Shown here piece by piece: positions 13,407 through 26,865 of a stretch of 64,000 nt of DNA; position 1 is the stretch's first letter, and each line of letters opens with the position of its first letter. A program made the translations under genes and the position numbers. Source of the DNA: Ramazzottius varieornatus (Eukaryota > Animalia > Tardigrada). The notes beneath the pieces were generated by a model. It ran no database searches, had not been told where the DNA came from, and saw only the letters and a list, made by a program, of their open reading frames with translations. The stretch lies in NCBI GenBank assembly GCA_001949185.1, contig BDGG01000004.1:1761620-1825619 (forward strand), written 5' to 3'.

Positions 13407-15437
13407 TCAAATTCTCTGGTCACTGCTATTACCTTGGTCTTCCTTGAGCAGCAGAGTATGTTGAACTGGAGGCAGGGCCGCAGGTGCTTTCTGGATACCC
13501 ATCAGCCTTTCGGCAATGCCAAGGAAGTAGACGGTCTGAGCGATACCAAACAAGGGCGCTATAACCATTGCTCGAGCTGCTGCTCCTTTGAACAGCGCGA
13601 CTACACCTTCGTACTTCACCACATTGCTGTAAATCAGCTGAACGGTTACAAGATCTAGTCGAAGATTCAGAAGGGAAAGTGCTTACACAAACGCGTCGAT
13701 CACACCACTGTATGCCCGCTCTCCCGGCGCTCGATGGAGAAGTTGTAATCGCGTCTTGACCACTACAAGGAAGACACAATAAGTAAGCAACTATTTCTTC
13801 TCGCTAGAGTATCATTGGAGCATTAACAGTTTACCATCAGCCGGTGTAACTGCTGCTGCAGCAAACGCGCCGGCTCCCATGCCACACAGAAAGGAGTACC
13901 AGAACGGTACAACGTCCGCACCGGGTGCCTTAGGCCCCTGCAAGAAGCATCACACTGAAGACATTCTCACAGTATTTGCTGCCACGAGTGGAATCCATAT
14001 TCAACATACGTTGACGTACCAGATCGTTTAACCGTGCGAACAGTGGGAAGTAGATGACAGAGAAGCCCACGTCTCGGAGCATTGTTGCGGCCGTGCCTTT
14101 GTAAAGCCCCAGAATACCTTTGGTGCGGATGAGGTCCATGGCAATCTTTGACGCCTTGGGAGCTGCGACTGTTGCATTACCATGAGTTTGCTTCTGAGCT
14201 ACCGCAACGAAGGTCGTTCACATCTGAGTATTAGAAGGTTCAAGTCTCAGGCTGGGACTTACCGACTCTTCCGGCGTCCTGAAGTTGGATTTTCAGCAAC
14301 TCCATTGGCGTCGTGATGATAATTTGGCAAAGCCCCGCTCCTGCACCAGCAAGCATTTCTCTGTGTAAAGGCAGCTTCCCTCTGCAACCGAACCAAACAA
14401 AAAAAGCTGCACCATACAGCACTGAAAACTTTTGAAAGGAGCGTGAAGGCGTGAAAGGGTACCCGACGGAGAGATGCTGCCGGAAGTAGTCATTTCCGGC
14501 AAGCTTGATGGCTTTCTCTGGTGTGACCAGAACAATGTTGACTGCGGATCCTCTGTACATACCACGCAGACCTTCCGCTCGTAATGTCTTTTTGAAGCAG
14601 TCAAACCTAAAAGCGAAATATATTGGACCGTTGATTGCTACCGCGCACTCGTCTCGAAGAACCCTAGTAACACTGGAATTTTAGACTTACATATTCTTGT
14701 ACATTCTGCGTCCGTCCGGACCATCTTGCTGGTTCTGGAGACGGGTTTTTACCAGGTCAAGCTGTAAAACAAGGGTTGCATTTACAGGAGTTTAATGACC
14801 AAACCAATACAGCGACCAAATGCCGAGCCACGTGCCGGAAACACGCAAGAGACCTACAACGAACATTTCGTAAACTGGAGTCTCGAAGAAAGTACACGGA
14901 CCATAAAAAAGACTTAAGGTAATTTCTATTGCTTACGCCAACGATCCCGGCGATTCCTCCATTCACAATCTTTGGCAGAAGCCTACAGCGATACAACTTA
15001 AGATGATGTTCCTATTATGCTCAGTCACATTGCCTTAGTGGGTCCGCCGAACTCGGAAGTCCGTTTCCACAGGGTTAATCCCCTCCGTCATCCTCCAACT
15101 CCCGTTATGCAATCCGGCTTTTCATGAAAAGCATCGGCGGTCATGCAGGAGGTTTACAAAACACAGATTTGCTGTACCTCAATCACAACCTCGAAAACAG
15201 CAAAGCCGCCTCCAGCTTGACAGCAGTGCGTGTCCCGGAGCTAGACTACTGCATTATTCACGCGCTGCGGAGGACCGACTGATTCCCCCTGTCCTCATTC
15301 CTACGTAGCACTTCAATGGTTTGCACTTACGAGAATTTCTTTGTTCCTGTTCCTGCGTTGACCGAAGCAGGGGACACGGTAGCCGGAAGTTGAGTACCAG
15401 AACGAGCTTTCATACTTGTTTGCCCCGTAGACGTCAT
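13407..15437 (-). CDS. SLC25A22: Mitochondrial glutamate carrier (SLC25A22/SLC25A18 family)
   Basis: [15 protein letters not shown] / VSCVFP / [77 protein letters not shown]. The start ATG (15437) is the least certain part. Confidence 0.92.
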
Positions 15438-16543
15438 CGCAGATGCCGTACGGGCTGGCGAGTCTTGATCGAGGAAACGGCCGAAAGTGCACCTTCGCGT
15501 CTTGGCTGCTGCGTCACAGAAACCACACCTCAACTTCTGGAAGAACAGCAACACAGTTGTTAAATCTCGATTGTATGCATGGATTCGTGGTCTTTACACT
15601 GTAGTTATGTAGTCAGCTGCTTACCGAGTTACAGCCTTCCGCCTGACACTCGAGATCTCAAGTTGCTGCTTTGGGCAGCGCCGAGGTGATTAGCGCGGTC
15701 CAAGGATTCCGAACATGGATGATAAGATTGACATAAGCATTATTAGACTTGTCCAAATTCCAGCCCGATCGATGGCGCATCATGGCGGTGTCGGAAATCA
15801 AAACCGTGATTTCTAACACCTCGCCAGTGACCTCGCTCTGTAACAGCTTCGCAGTGACGTAAATTAACACAAAGAGCCTTATCTGAATGACCGCAAATTC
15901 GCAATCTCGCTTGTGTCCTCTCACACATTATAGTGATTGCGAGCAAATGCGCACTAGCAGTATTCGATACGCTTAAGAACATTGTGACGTCATATGAAAA
16001 CATGGTACGACACTTTTAACACAGAACCTACGAGACAGTTTGTTCCTAGGATGTCACGATGTTCCTGTGCGTATCGAATTGTGCCAGTGCGCTTTCGCTC
16101 GCAATCTTTATATTATACTTTTCGGAACGAACATTAAGTTAGTGCCGATTCGGATTCGCAGTAATTCTGGGCTTCGAACTGGAACGTGTCCGGATCTGTC
16201 ATCAGGAATCTCAGAGCGCAGGAGGAGTTCCGCATCTGTTCATGGAAGAGCACGCTGCCAGAGGCTCGTAGTTCGTCTGCTGCCGTCGAGCTTCGGTCTG
16301 ACAGTTTTGGGATCTGTTGCTCTATAAGGATTGGCCATTTGCACCGTCGACTTCAGTTTCCATCCTCACAAACAACCAACCTGCTTCTGTCCCTTTTAAC
16401 CGGCCCTACGGAGACAATACGACACAGCTTCGACGAGTCATTATGAAACTTTGACTGGATCTAGATTCCTTTCGTTCGCTTTCAGGAGCGCCGTTCTGGT
16501 TGCACATTCCAAGTTGCTAACAGCTGGACGGAAGTCACAGGAC

Positions 16544-17687
16544 ATGGCCGCATCAGCTGTGGCATCTCCGAGAGTGCATGATTTTAAAGTCGTTCTTCTA
16601 GGCGAAGGTTGCGTGGGAAAGACATCTTTGGTACTGCGCTATGTGGAGAACAAGTTCAACGAAAAACATGAATCCACTCTGCAGGTGCGTAAATTGACTG
16701 GGCTATCTTCTTTATACCGTATAATATACAGTATCTGACCTACGGACTGCAAAACGTTGTTTTACTGTAGTGGCTGTGTTATTCCTCGTAGGCATCGTTC
16801 CTGACGAAGAAACTAACGATAGGGAACAGGCGTGTAAATTTATCTATATGGGTAAAGTATTTTCGTGCCACGCGGGTAGAATGAGTGTCCGAAGTACTCT
16901 TTGAGTCTGGACCATAAGCTTCTCTAAGTAATCATGGTTTATGTATGCAGGATACTGCTGGCCAGGAGAGATTCCACGCATTAGGACCAATATACTACCG
17001 AGACAGCAACGGCGCTATATTGACATATGATATTACAGATGACGATTCATTCCAAAAGGTACGAGGTTCGCCCTCTTTGACGAACTGCAAACTGCCATAT
17101 TAACATTGCGACCCCGGAACAGGAGTTAAGGAATTATTATTCGTAGGTGAAAAACTGGGTAAAAGAACTAAAGAAGATGCTGGGAACAGACATCATGTTG
17201 ACCATAATCGGAAACAAAACTGACCTCGAGAAGCAAAGAAACGTGTCGGTGGAAACTGCTGAACAGTAAGAACGGTACCAACGAAAGTAACAACGATTTT
17301 TTCGAGGTCCACACGAGAGCGTGGCTTTGGTTAGTAGTGAAGTTTTGCTTGTGCTACACAGGTACGCAGAATCTGTCGGCGCCACCCATTTCCAGACATC
17401 AGCGAAGCTCAACAGAGGTGTGGAAGAAGTTTTTCTGGACTTGTCCAGACGTAAGTGTAAAACCTACACACAAGACATTTCGTGGGTTCTCTGTCGGAGT
17501 TCCGGCGTTCTACGCTTCAAATAAGCACAATTTAATCCAGGTTTTCTCTTTAGGGATGATCGAGCAAGCTGACAAGCAGGACGCGGAAAAGAGAGCGTTG
17601 AGTCCAAGCAGCAGGTCCACAGCAGCTGGAAATGTTGTGCTTCTGGAAGAAACGCCAGCAGCTCCCATAAAATCGGGTTGCTGCTGA
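16544..17687 (+). CDS. RAB21: Rab21 small GTPase
   Basis: [34 protein letters not shown] / [37 protein letters not shown]-terminal SGCC prenylation motif. Confidence 0.95.
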
Positions 17688-18504
17688 CAGTTCGTCTACA
17701 TACCCTTTCTTTCAGACAGTGATTGCGCTGTCCCTGTGGTTTTAAGCGTCAGAACAATCTTTTCACCACCGAACACGATCACATGAATTTTTTTAAACCC
17801 TAATGGATAGTTTCAGGATCCTATCCATGGTTTCGCCATAGTACATATTTGTCGGATGAAACCCTTTATCTGTGTACAGTTTAGCCTGTCGGGGACCATG
17901 CGACCTGAATCGGATCGTAGCGTTGTGATACATCAGATACAGTAGTAGAACTCAAAGTTAAACGCGGCGATCTTTCTTCTGATGGTTCACCAACCGCTGT
18001 CGGATATATTTTGTCAAGTTCAAGCGGCACATACTCTCGCAACGTTGATTTCCCTTCGCTTGATAGTCGGACGCAAATCCAACCCGGAAGCACAAAATCG
18101 CTACTTGATTTCGTCGAATCTCGGCATAACTCTGATCTAATGATAAGGTGCCAAGAGCCTTGTGAGCAAGGAGGGTCCAGTGGAAAGCGCATGGGTTCTT
18201 GATCAAAGTCCTCCATGTATTCAGATCTTTTCACTTGTAACTTTTCACAAGCACTGCGAAAGTGGACTTGTAGTTTACAACTGATGGGTAACGCCCAAAA
18301 GTAGATTGCCTCCGAAACACAGCGACGGACACAATCACATATAAACCCCAGGAAAAATCACTGATCATATCCCGACGTGTAGCTGGACAGTCGTATTGTA
18401 TTATCACAGACAGAAAAGTCATGGCCAATGTCCTACAAAAGAAAAGAACTGCAAGTCCGGTCGACATCTCTAGCAAACAACATGAAAGAGCAGCAACGAT
18501 GCTG

Positions 18505-19518
18505 TCAACGCGCATCCTGCAGGTTCGCTATTGATTCCTCCACGAAAAGATACGCTTCGTGCGCCAGTCCGGCCCCGAAAGCGTGCATCATGGAAAACCA
18601 TGAAACGAAATCGTGCGTGGAGAAGAAGGTATCGGCCGATGCGAAGAACATTGAAGACGGAACGAACCCACGTCCGTATTCCAAAAACCAGGAACCGGCC
18701 CCGAATCTAACACCAGCTGCACTACCCCAAGGATGATGGACCGTTACACCTGTAAATCAAACTCAAAAGGTCGGAAACTATTTACACTGCGTAATCCTCC
18801 GAGCATTCCATAGAGTGAAAACCTCACCGGCGGTAAAGTTCTCCACTTCGAACGATCGTTCCTACAAATACCAGAAGTCCCCAGCACTGAACGAGAGGAC
18901 AGAAACGCACTACCTTACCCTCCACTGTTCGAGCCACCCGTCGATAACAAAATCAGTTATGTTCAGCCAATAGCGACCTGCAATCAGAAATACGAGAAAC
19001 TGGCTCAACTGCTCGACCCACACATAGCGAACGCGAGCATCTCGCTTACCTGAGAAACCACGAGTCTCTTGGACGGTGTTGAACACCAAGACGTACTCCG
19101 TCAGGGACACATGCAATGCTGCGACTTGACCGAACCAGCCACCACAGCCGATGAAAAAGAACATGGATTCATCCACGTCTAGTATGTGGGATCCATATCG
19201 CTTTTGCAGATCCCTCACTAGGGAGCTAAACGACGATTGGATTTTCAGGCCTGCATGTAAAACGAAACTGTTAACATCTCCCCCGGAAGTGAACACCGTG
19301 TAGCACACGCTGTGTGCGGACAGCGGATAGTGGGAAGGTTTCACTTTTGCTACTTGCCAGCAATTAGCCTGTTAGCTCAGCTTAACTTTGTACTTTATCG
19401 CAACATCGTGGAGGTCCGAGTGAGAGAACAGGTAGGTCTTGCTGTCCATCCAGCTGTTCAAGATGAATGTCCCAATAGCGATGAACGCCAGCCAGAAGAG
19501 GAGGGATTTGATCGACAT
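18505..19518 (-). CDS. SIGMAR1: Sigma-1 receptor / ERG2 family protein
   Basis: N-terminal TM helix (MSIKSLLFWLAFIAIG), then GGWFGQVAALHVSLTEYVLVF, SG/RYWLNITD and WFLEYGRGFVPSSMFFASADTFFSTHDF. Confidence 0.9.
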
Positions 19519-22500
19519 CGCTGCACGTATTTCACAGGGTGTCGTTCCTCGTACACAGGTCGGCGGATACGGGGAAAAAAAGGGGATGATCCACTTGACA
19601 TCGGACGGAGAACGAAAGAAATTTTCGGGCGACAACAAAAGCATTAATCCTTCGAAAAGATGAAGTCCAAAATATTTTGTAGGAGCAGGCCCACGGCCCC
19701 AGGGGGCGACACCAGGCTGAACTTTTTCGGTTTGTGGTCAACCGGAAACTCCAGACTCCTGAAAGTCCTGCAGCCGCGCTCTGGTCGCATTTATCGGAAC
19801 AATGTAATTATAGTAACTTCTTCTGGTTTTCTGGGTCATTGGTTATACGTTGAAACCTGGAATCTGGAAGCCGGTTCTGCTCTACTGTTTGATACTTTGT
19901 ACCGTTGATGCCCCAGAACAAAGAGATCGGAGGAGGGATCGAGTGTTCGTCGACTGGCGCATGTAAGGTCTGTAACGAGCCACCATGGAGTCCATTCCGT
20001 ACGATTACTTCACGTTAATTGCTAATTGCTTTGGGAATTGAGTTCCAATCTTTGGTTCTCAAATTAAGTTTTCTTCTGTACAGTACATCTATGGCATCTA
20101 CGTGCTGGCGGCCTAACTTAGCAAAGCAGTCCCTATGGCCAGCATGTTAACTTTTGCTGGTTTTAGTACACGTTTACCGGAATCCTTCCGATACCTGTGA
20201 ATGGACCACGAGAACATCCACGATCCGGAAGAGATATGCCGCTGCACCATGAACCTATCTGGAACATTCTGCCTGGGTGCCTTCGGATGCGGAGAGGATT
20301 TGGACGACTTCTACCGGTTCTGAAGTGGCTGATTAGCGCATGCAGCTTTCAACTATAGCACGGTATTGTTGTGTTTTTCTCAAGTGGTCTTATCGTGCTC
20401 CTGGAGAGCATGGTCCAATTAGCGGAACATCTTGCCTTTCCGCGCCAATAATCTCCCTGTTTATAGGCCGAAGAGGACCCATTTTCTCAACCACACCCAA
20501 AAGAAAACAATGGCTCAGCATTACCAAAGAAGCAACAGGTAAGCACCATGTTCCTATTGTACTGGGTATAGTGGCGCATGCCACATCTTTGGCACCTGAG
20601 GACCTCAAATCAGGTGTTTCAGAGATTTATTTGTTTGATCGGAATGAAAAGAGTCTCAAGAGGTGGCCTGTTCATTGTGGTAGGCTGGTCTTTGTCTTTG
20701 CATAACAGAAAGCCGTACTCGTCCAGATGAGGACTTTTCCCTCGAGAGCGGCGTTGTTTCACTCCGCGTTGTACTTGCTCGAGGTTGATTCGATCCATTG
20801 TTCCACTGTCATTCCTGGAGATCGTTTAGAATACACTCCTGGGCTCTTCACCTGTTCTCTAGAAAGTTTCAAACTAAGGCTGAGGGTACTTCGGAAGAAG
20901 TTCTTGAAGTTCAATATACATCAGTGAGGGCTGTGCCATTGTTTTAAGGAGTGATCGAACACAAAGTCTGTAATTAAGAAGCCTAACATTTTTCTTAATA
21001 AGGTGCACTAGATATGGGATCAGGAAGGAAGTTCAGAAAAAGCGCACGAATAGTCTGTCATACTGTAAAAATTCGTCTTTCCGAGTTCTCCCTCTTCGAG
21101 TTCTTTGATATCCAAAAAATAGTGCCACTGACAATAAGTAAGAAAATACTTCGGGTTTCGTCTGAAAGATCTCATTATTTCCAGACTTGTTAGCTTTCGG
21201 CAGGTTTGGCTCCCCTCCTCGTCAGGACAGGACGGCTTCTAAGAGGATCAGTGGGTGCTTGTTATAGTCGTTTTATGGTCGCTTCCGACGTTAATCTCAT
21301 AGGGTCATAAATGGTCTTGCCGAAGTCAACGCATTACAGGACGCCGCCTTTCATTCTGTGCGGCACGTCGTATCTCCTGATTGAATTTATCTGATGTTTA
21401 CCTGCAATTTATCTTCTCAATGATCGTAGGCCTTTCTCATTAACAGCTCCTTACTGGACACGGTCAATCGATTGCCGACAGCATCAGGCGCTTCAGCAGG
21501 TGTCCAAGTCGACTTCCGTCAGAACTTCCCCCGGCAGACCGCCTTGTCGTGCGCCGCTGTAGCTGAATTCGAGGAAAATTTGGATCGCTAGTAAAAGGGC
21601 GTAGGAGCAACATCTGGAGCAACTGCCGTGTGACATCTTTGTCGTCGAACTCCGTACGAGTGAGCTAATTCGGGAGGGTTCTTCTAGTCTTTTTTTTCTG
21701 ACAAGCACGTCAAATCATACGTTTGGCAAGGGAAGTTGGCGCTTTGGCGGTTCGCTAATCGATGAAACGTATAATTACTACTGCAGCACCGAGGATCTGG
21801 AGGAAGCGCGGCTTCCTTCTGCCACAGCACCGAAGGAGAACTTCTAACTTAGCATTCGAACCTGATATTGTGGTGTGTGAAGACAGAAAAGTCAGTCTGC
21901 CGCACAGCAGTAAAAGACCTTACCTGATCCTGTCCTAAATTCGAAGAATCGAATCAATTTTTCCTCATTACTACGAGTACACGTGTACTGGTAAGGATTC
22001 CAGCCGTACATCGAGAGGGAATTTTGTTCCCTGTGCTAATTTGCTAAATACGTGTGACCTTCTTATATAAGTTTCGGTAGGCGTTCGACAGGTGGCAGCA
22101 CGTGCTCGGTCGTACCGGTACCCTGGTAACCATACGAACCACATGCCTACCGGTGGCGGAGGCCACCGTGGCCTCCCTTGAACTTAAAAGCTGGGTTTGG
22201 TAATCGATCAAAAGGTACTACGTATTAGTATTCGCTGAGATGTTTTGTGCTCTGGATGCCACAGGCTTATGGCGATTTTGCGAGGATGAGTAGTAGGCGG
22301 AAAGAGAAAATCCACAAGGAGATTACCGTCAAAAGAACATTGCCGACTAATTGAGGATAGGTCTTCATCATTAGGCTTTACCGTAGATTTGTCAACTACT
22401 TTAGGTTTGCCAAGGATGTAGCTGAAAGTGAACGGCATTTGAGCTATGATATATCCTTGTCAGACTTTTGGATTTGTCTTGACAGATTATGGATTTGAAG

Positions 22501-23349
22501 CGTTATAATGACACCTGCTTTGACTAATATCGTCACTTCACACGCGAGAATACAGTAGTATGCCAGATCCCCAATTGGACAAAACACAGTCCAGTTCGGG
22601 ACCTGAGCTTACAGGGTAAATAATCATCAGCGAATTCGAATTTCAACAACAATAAATATGATAGAGTCATGGTATCTCAAAGGAACTTGAAGGAGGTATT
22701 TGCACGTGTTTGCTTGTTAGCCGTGTTGAATCAACAGGTGGAAAAATATTGTGATAGAGAAACGCACACCTTTGCATCGTGTGTGGCCGTTCTTTTTTGT
22801 GCATGATTTGCATATCTTTAGCCGAAGAAGGGTAAAGTAAACATGGTTAATTGATGCTTGTTTTCTCATGTTTGTCCATTTGGATAACTTTCCCACACCG
22901 GCATGGCCCTACTTATGGTTTCTCGTTGCTTGAGGAGCAGTCTGTGCTCTACCTGCCGTAACCCGCGCACGAGCGGTAATTCCGTACAACCATAATTATC
23001 ACTCCAGTCATTTCATTATAATAAACTAACTAGTGGTTCTCACCACTGGAAAGGCCGAGCAAAGGAGGCAAACCATTGTAGAGCGAGCACTTTTACTTGT
23101 GACTCACAGTACGGTTCGGAGGTTCCCAAGTAAAATTTTTAAGCGCCCCGATCAAGTGGCGTGTCCTTTTTCGGTACTGTGTTTGCGATGTCTGAAAGCT
23201 CGAAGACTCTGGTCGTCCATTGAAATCTCGACAGAATTAGAAGGGCCTCGCTTCGCTCGGCCTGATAATAGACATTCCAACCAACGTGAGAACTGCGTTA
23301 ACCAACATATGTTTATCATCGTCGCGATGACTTTATGACGCCCGACAAA

Positions 23350-23380
23350 TGTGAGAAAGTCCTGTGGAATGTTTCACACA
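23350..23380. promoter_or_regulatory. Su(H)/CSL paired site (SPS)
   Basis: TGTGAGAA (23350-23357), 15-bp spacer, TTCACACA (23373-23380), head-to-head, about 2 kb upstream of a Hes gene. Same architecture as Hes1/E(spl) SPS elements. Confidence 0.65.
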
Positions 23381-25426
23381 TGTTTGAGGATCATAATCTT
23401 AGTCGACAATTTAATTTCTATTCCCAGTAAAAACGATCCGAACTAAACGGGACTTTCTGATGACCTCAAACTGACTTTGCGTAATCCTTATAAGGTTCCT
23501 GTGTTTTAAAAGTCGTCTGAAATTTAATCCTTGCAGGACGATTTCGGCACAGAAGTGGTGGAAGCGTTTACGTGGAATATTCACGGCAAAAGATGGGCGT
23601 TTCCTGGTGGCTGGAAACCAAGACCTAGCGTCATCGTTGACTGGTTTCGATGTGCTGCTCGAAGTGCATCTTGACGACGTGCAAAAAAGACCGGCATCAA
23701 AATCGCTTAGCGTAGCTTTGATAGCCAAACGTTTGGCTAGATTAGAAGTGGAGCGCCAGCCAAGTGTTAGCCGGAAGGTTGCGTCGGAGGTACGTCTTCG
23801 TCGTTGGTGTATGACAGTACTTTGTTTCTGGGTAATTATTCGGTAGCGTCCGCAGTCAAGCCGCCTTTGTCACGCTGAAAAGTCTCTGACTTTTGTCAGG
23901 CATTGAAGCAAGACACTGACCGAACAGCTCAGCATGCAACCTGAGTACTCTGTGCATGCAATTCGACATGCCGCATGCAAAATCCATATTTGCAGGTATT
24001 ATTACTCGGGGCAAGACAAGCATGCAAAAGATGATCAAACAATCGGCGGTGTTGGCGTATTGTATGACACCAAAAGCAAGACGGCTAATGCCGTTTTCTT
24101 CGATAAACAAGCATTACAGATACGCCATGTGGTCCGAGTACATGATAAGTGTGAGACGCGGACCATCAACGATCTGCAACTGACTTTCTTTCCTTTTCAG
24201 ACACTCACCTTCCTTGTCATCCTCACTGCGCAGCAAATGGTTCCAACTTCCTTGCCGACATCCGATCTGCGTGAGAACTTCTCCGTCTCCTGGAATATCG
24301 TTCCAGGATGGTCATCGCCATCAACCAACAGAATCCAGTAACAGGTTTCCTCATTTTGAAAAAGAGCGCGTAGCCCAAACGAGAAACTATCATTGAATAG
24401 AACGGAAATAATCGGTTTACCATATGGAACGTGGGCAAATGAATGAAAGCAGATCGTCTTCCCAAATGACGCCCACGTCCAGCTGGTAATAATGTAAATG
24501 TGCTCCACTTCAAATAACGACCCGGTTCAAGTCATTTGCCAACGTCCCGTATCATACGACGTGAAAATCGTAATAAAATTTATAAAAATAAGGCGTTGTG
24601 TTGAGGTGTTGGTTGAGTCACGACCAATATTTTTCCGTTTCAGGCAATTTGGGCTCACGTTCGAAAGTCTTCGGGGTCCGTGTAATATGAGGAAAAGAAA
24701 AGACGAAGACGGTTGGTACGCAAGTAGAAAGCGTGAGAGTGCAGTTTGTTGATGGTCCGTAAGGCCGCGTGCCGGTCGTGCACTTTAATGGCACACTCAA
24801 CCGCTGACTTTTGATATGGGCGAAATAGCTTCAAGTTTTCTCACGGAACAACTTTAGAAAGACAGCCTTGCCCACTCAGTTTCTCTGTTTGCTCGTGATT
24901 GGCCTTTTCGGCGCTCGCCGTACAGTTGGCCACGATGGTGCTAGAAGCAAGACCGAAGCGAGCGCGAAGTGATGGCAGCCGAATGACATCAGTTGACTGC
25001 TCGTGCTTCACCATTAACCCAGGCATATTGCTCCTCCCATTCATCGGCTCTCCGCATCCTTGACATGGACAGATAACTTGTGAGTTAGGCAGGTGTATGA
25101 CATCTCCCTCCTCTAACCTCTGTCTTGTATTGGACCGTCTCCGTGTTTAGGGTGGATGATATACAGTATCCGGAAAGCTGGCCCGACACTTGCCAAAGAT
25201 CACTCTGCCGAATTCCTCGACACGTCCTGCACGCGACATTAATTTCCAGCCGTATTCATACAACTTTTCCACTTGTTGCCTCGGCACGTTTCCCGACACT
25301 TCCTCATCTATTCAACGCATCTACACACCAGTCGCGCGACGTGTCTATACCGTAGTGACCTTCGCGCATCCGCCTCGTCGATCCGTCTTCCCTGTCCTGG
25401 AATTTAGGCTACCCCAAGCTGTAACT

Positions 25427-26865
25427 ATGCCTGTTGAACGTGTGTGCATTTCCGCCATGAGCGAACACCGACGGGTGAGTCAATTAACAATATCCGAACT
25501 GCGGCACCTCTTGTGTGCAACTTGCAGCCGCAATAGAAAACTGTACCTATTTGGGCAAGTTCCTCTTCTTATACATATGACTTTCATCATAGGCTTCGAA
25601 ACCAATCATGGAGAAGCGACGTCGAGCCAGGATTAATAACTCCTTGACCGAACTGAAGACCCTCATTCTGGACGCCACGCGCAAAGACGTAAGTCTGCTT
25701 GAAATTCGACAGGTTGAACTACATTGTGACGCAGGTGTCTACGCTTCAAAACCCGAAAGATTTTGCGGCTCATAATGTTTTCTGAGAGAGCATCCAGTAC
25801 ATGAAACATTCATAGAAAAAAATTGTCCATGATTTTGTCGGCATCGGAATCGTCAAAGCGAGACGAAGTGTAGCTTGACAGCAGCGGTTGTGAGACAAGC
25901 TATTCGATCTCAAGTAGGGAGTAACAATCGGCGATAAGACGTTCGGAAGAGCGTCGAGGGAGTGGGAAAGGCATCTGCAGTGGCGTCTTTACAGGGTATA
26001 ATTGCCATTCTCTATGACAGTTTCCCATGTACTGCCTGACATAGTGCAGGCCGCCAGGCCGTATATCTTAACATAATCGTCTTAAATGCGGCCATAAACA
26101 TGCCTGCACAGCATAATCAGACACTCTCATCCATCACACGCCAAATTCCTCTAGTCTTTCATTTTAGCGCAATAAACTGTCAAAAGTTTTCGAAATATAA
26201 GCACTGAGTAAGAGAAAACTTACTTCGAATTTTAAAAAGAAAAATCCAAATATTTTTTGCAGTGTTCACGTCAGTCCAAGTTGGAGAAAGCCGACATTCT
26301 CGAAATGACCGTCAAGCACCTACAGAACGTCCAGCGGCAGCAAATGGCGGCGGCTGTCTCGCATGACCCAACTGTGCTCACCAAATTCAAAGGTGGCTTC
26401 ACCGAGTGCGCCGCAGAGATTTCGCGCTATCTGAATTCCATGGAAGGTGTCGATAAGAATGTCCGACAAAGGATCCTCGCGCACTTAGGCCAGTGTCTGA
26501 ATGGTCTTCACAACTACCTGACTCCCCTGGCCTTTGGTCCTCCATCCGTTGCTCCAGCCTTCTTCCACAACAGCCCGCCACAGCACCTCCTTCCGCATCT
26601 TCGCAATGTCCCGATGGCACCCGTGATGATGCATTCGCGACCACAGCACTTCTTCCCTACTACACTGTCTCCGCTGAACGTCCATCCGCTGAACGTCCAT
26701 CCGCTGAACGAGACCCAGAACTGCCGAGCGTCGGAGTCGCCATGCAGTTCACCAGCAAGTCCTTTCGGCTCGACAGGGTCCTCGCTCCCACCGACCACGC
26801 CCTACAGTCCCATGTCCACCTGCAGCAAGATGAGCGAGGCCGAATCTGTCTGGCGACCTTGGTAA
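25427..26865 (+). CDS. Hairy/Hes-family bHLH-Orange repressor with WRPW (hairy/deadpan/Hes1-like)
   Basis: Exons 25427-25474, 25593-25688 and 26263-26865 give [16 protein letters not shown] / [32 protein letters not shown] / [21 protein letters not shown], Orange domain [17 protein letters not shown]-terminal VWRPW. Confidence 0.96.
26671..26710 (+). repeat. 15-bp coding tandem repeat (PLNVH units) in Hes exon 3
   Basis: ccgctgaacgtccat x2 followed by ccgctgaacg. Confidence 0.85.

Noticed and set aside
17881-18515. ORFs of 82-117 aa between RAB21 and SIGMAR1
   Set aside because: No recognisable domain; they lie in the expected convergent 3'UTR space.
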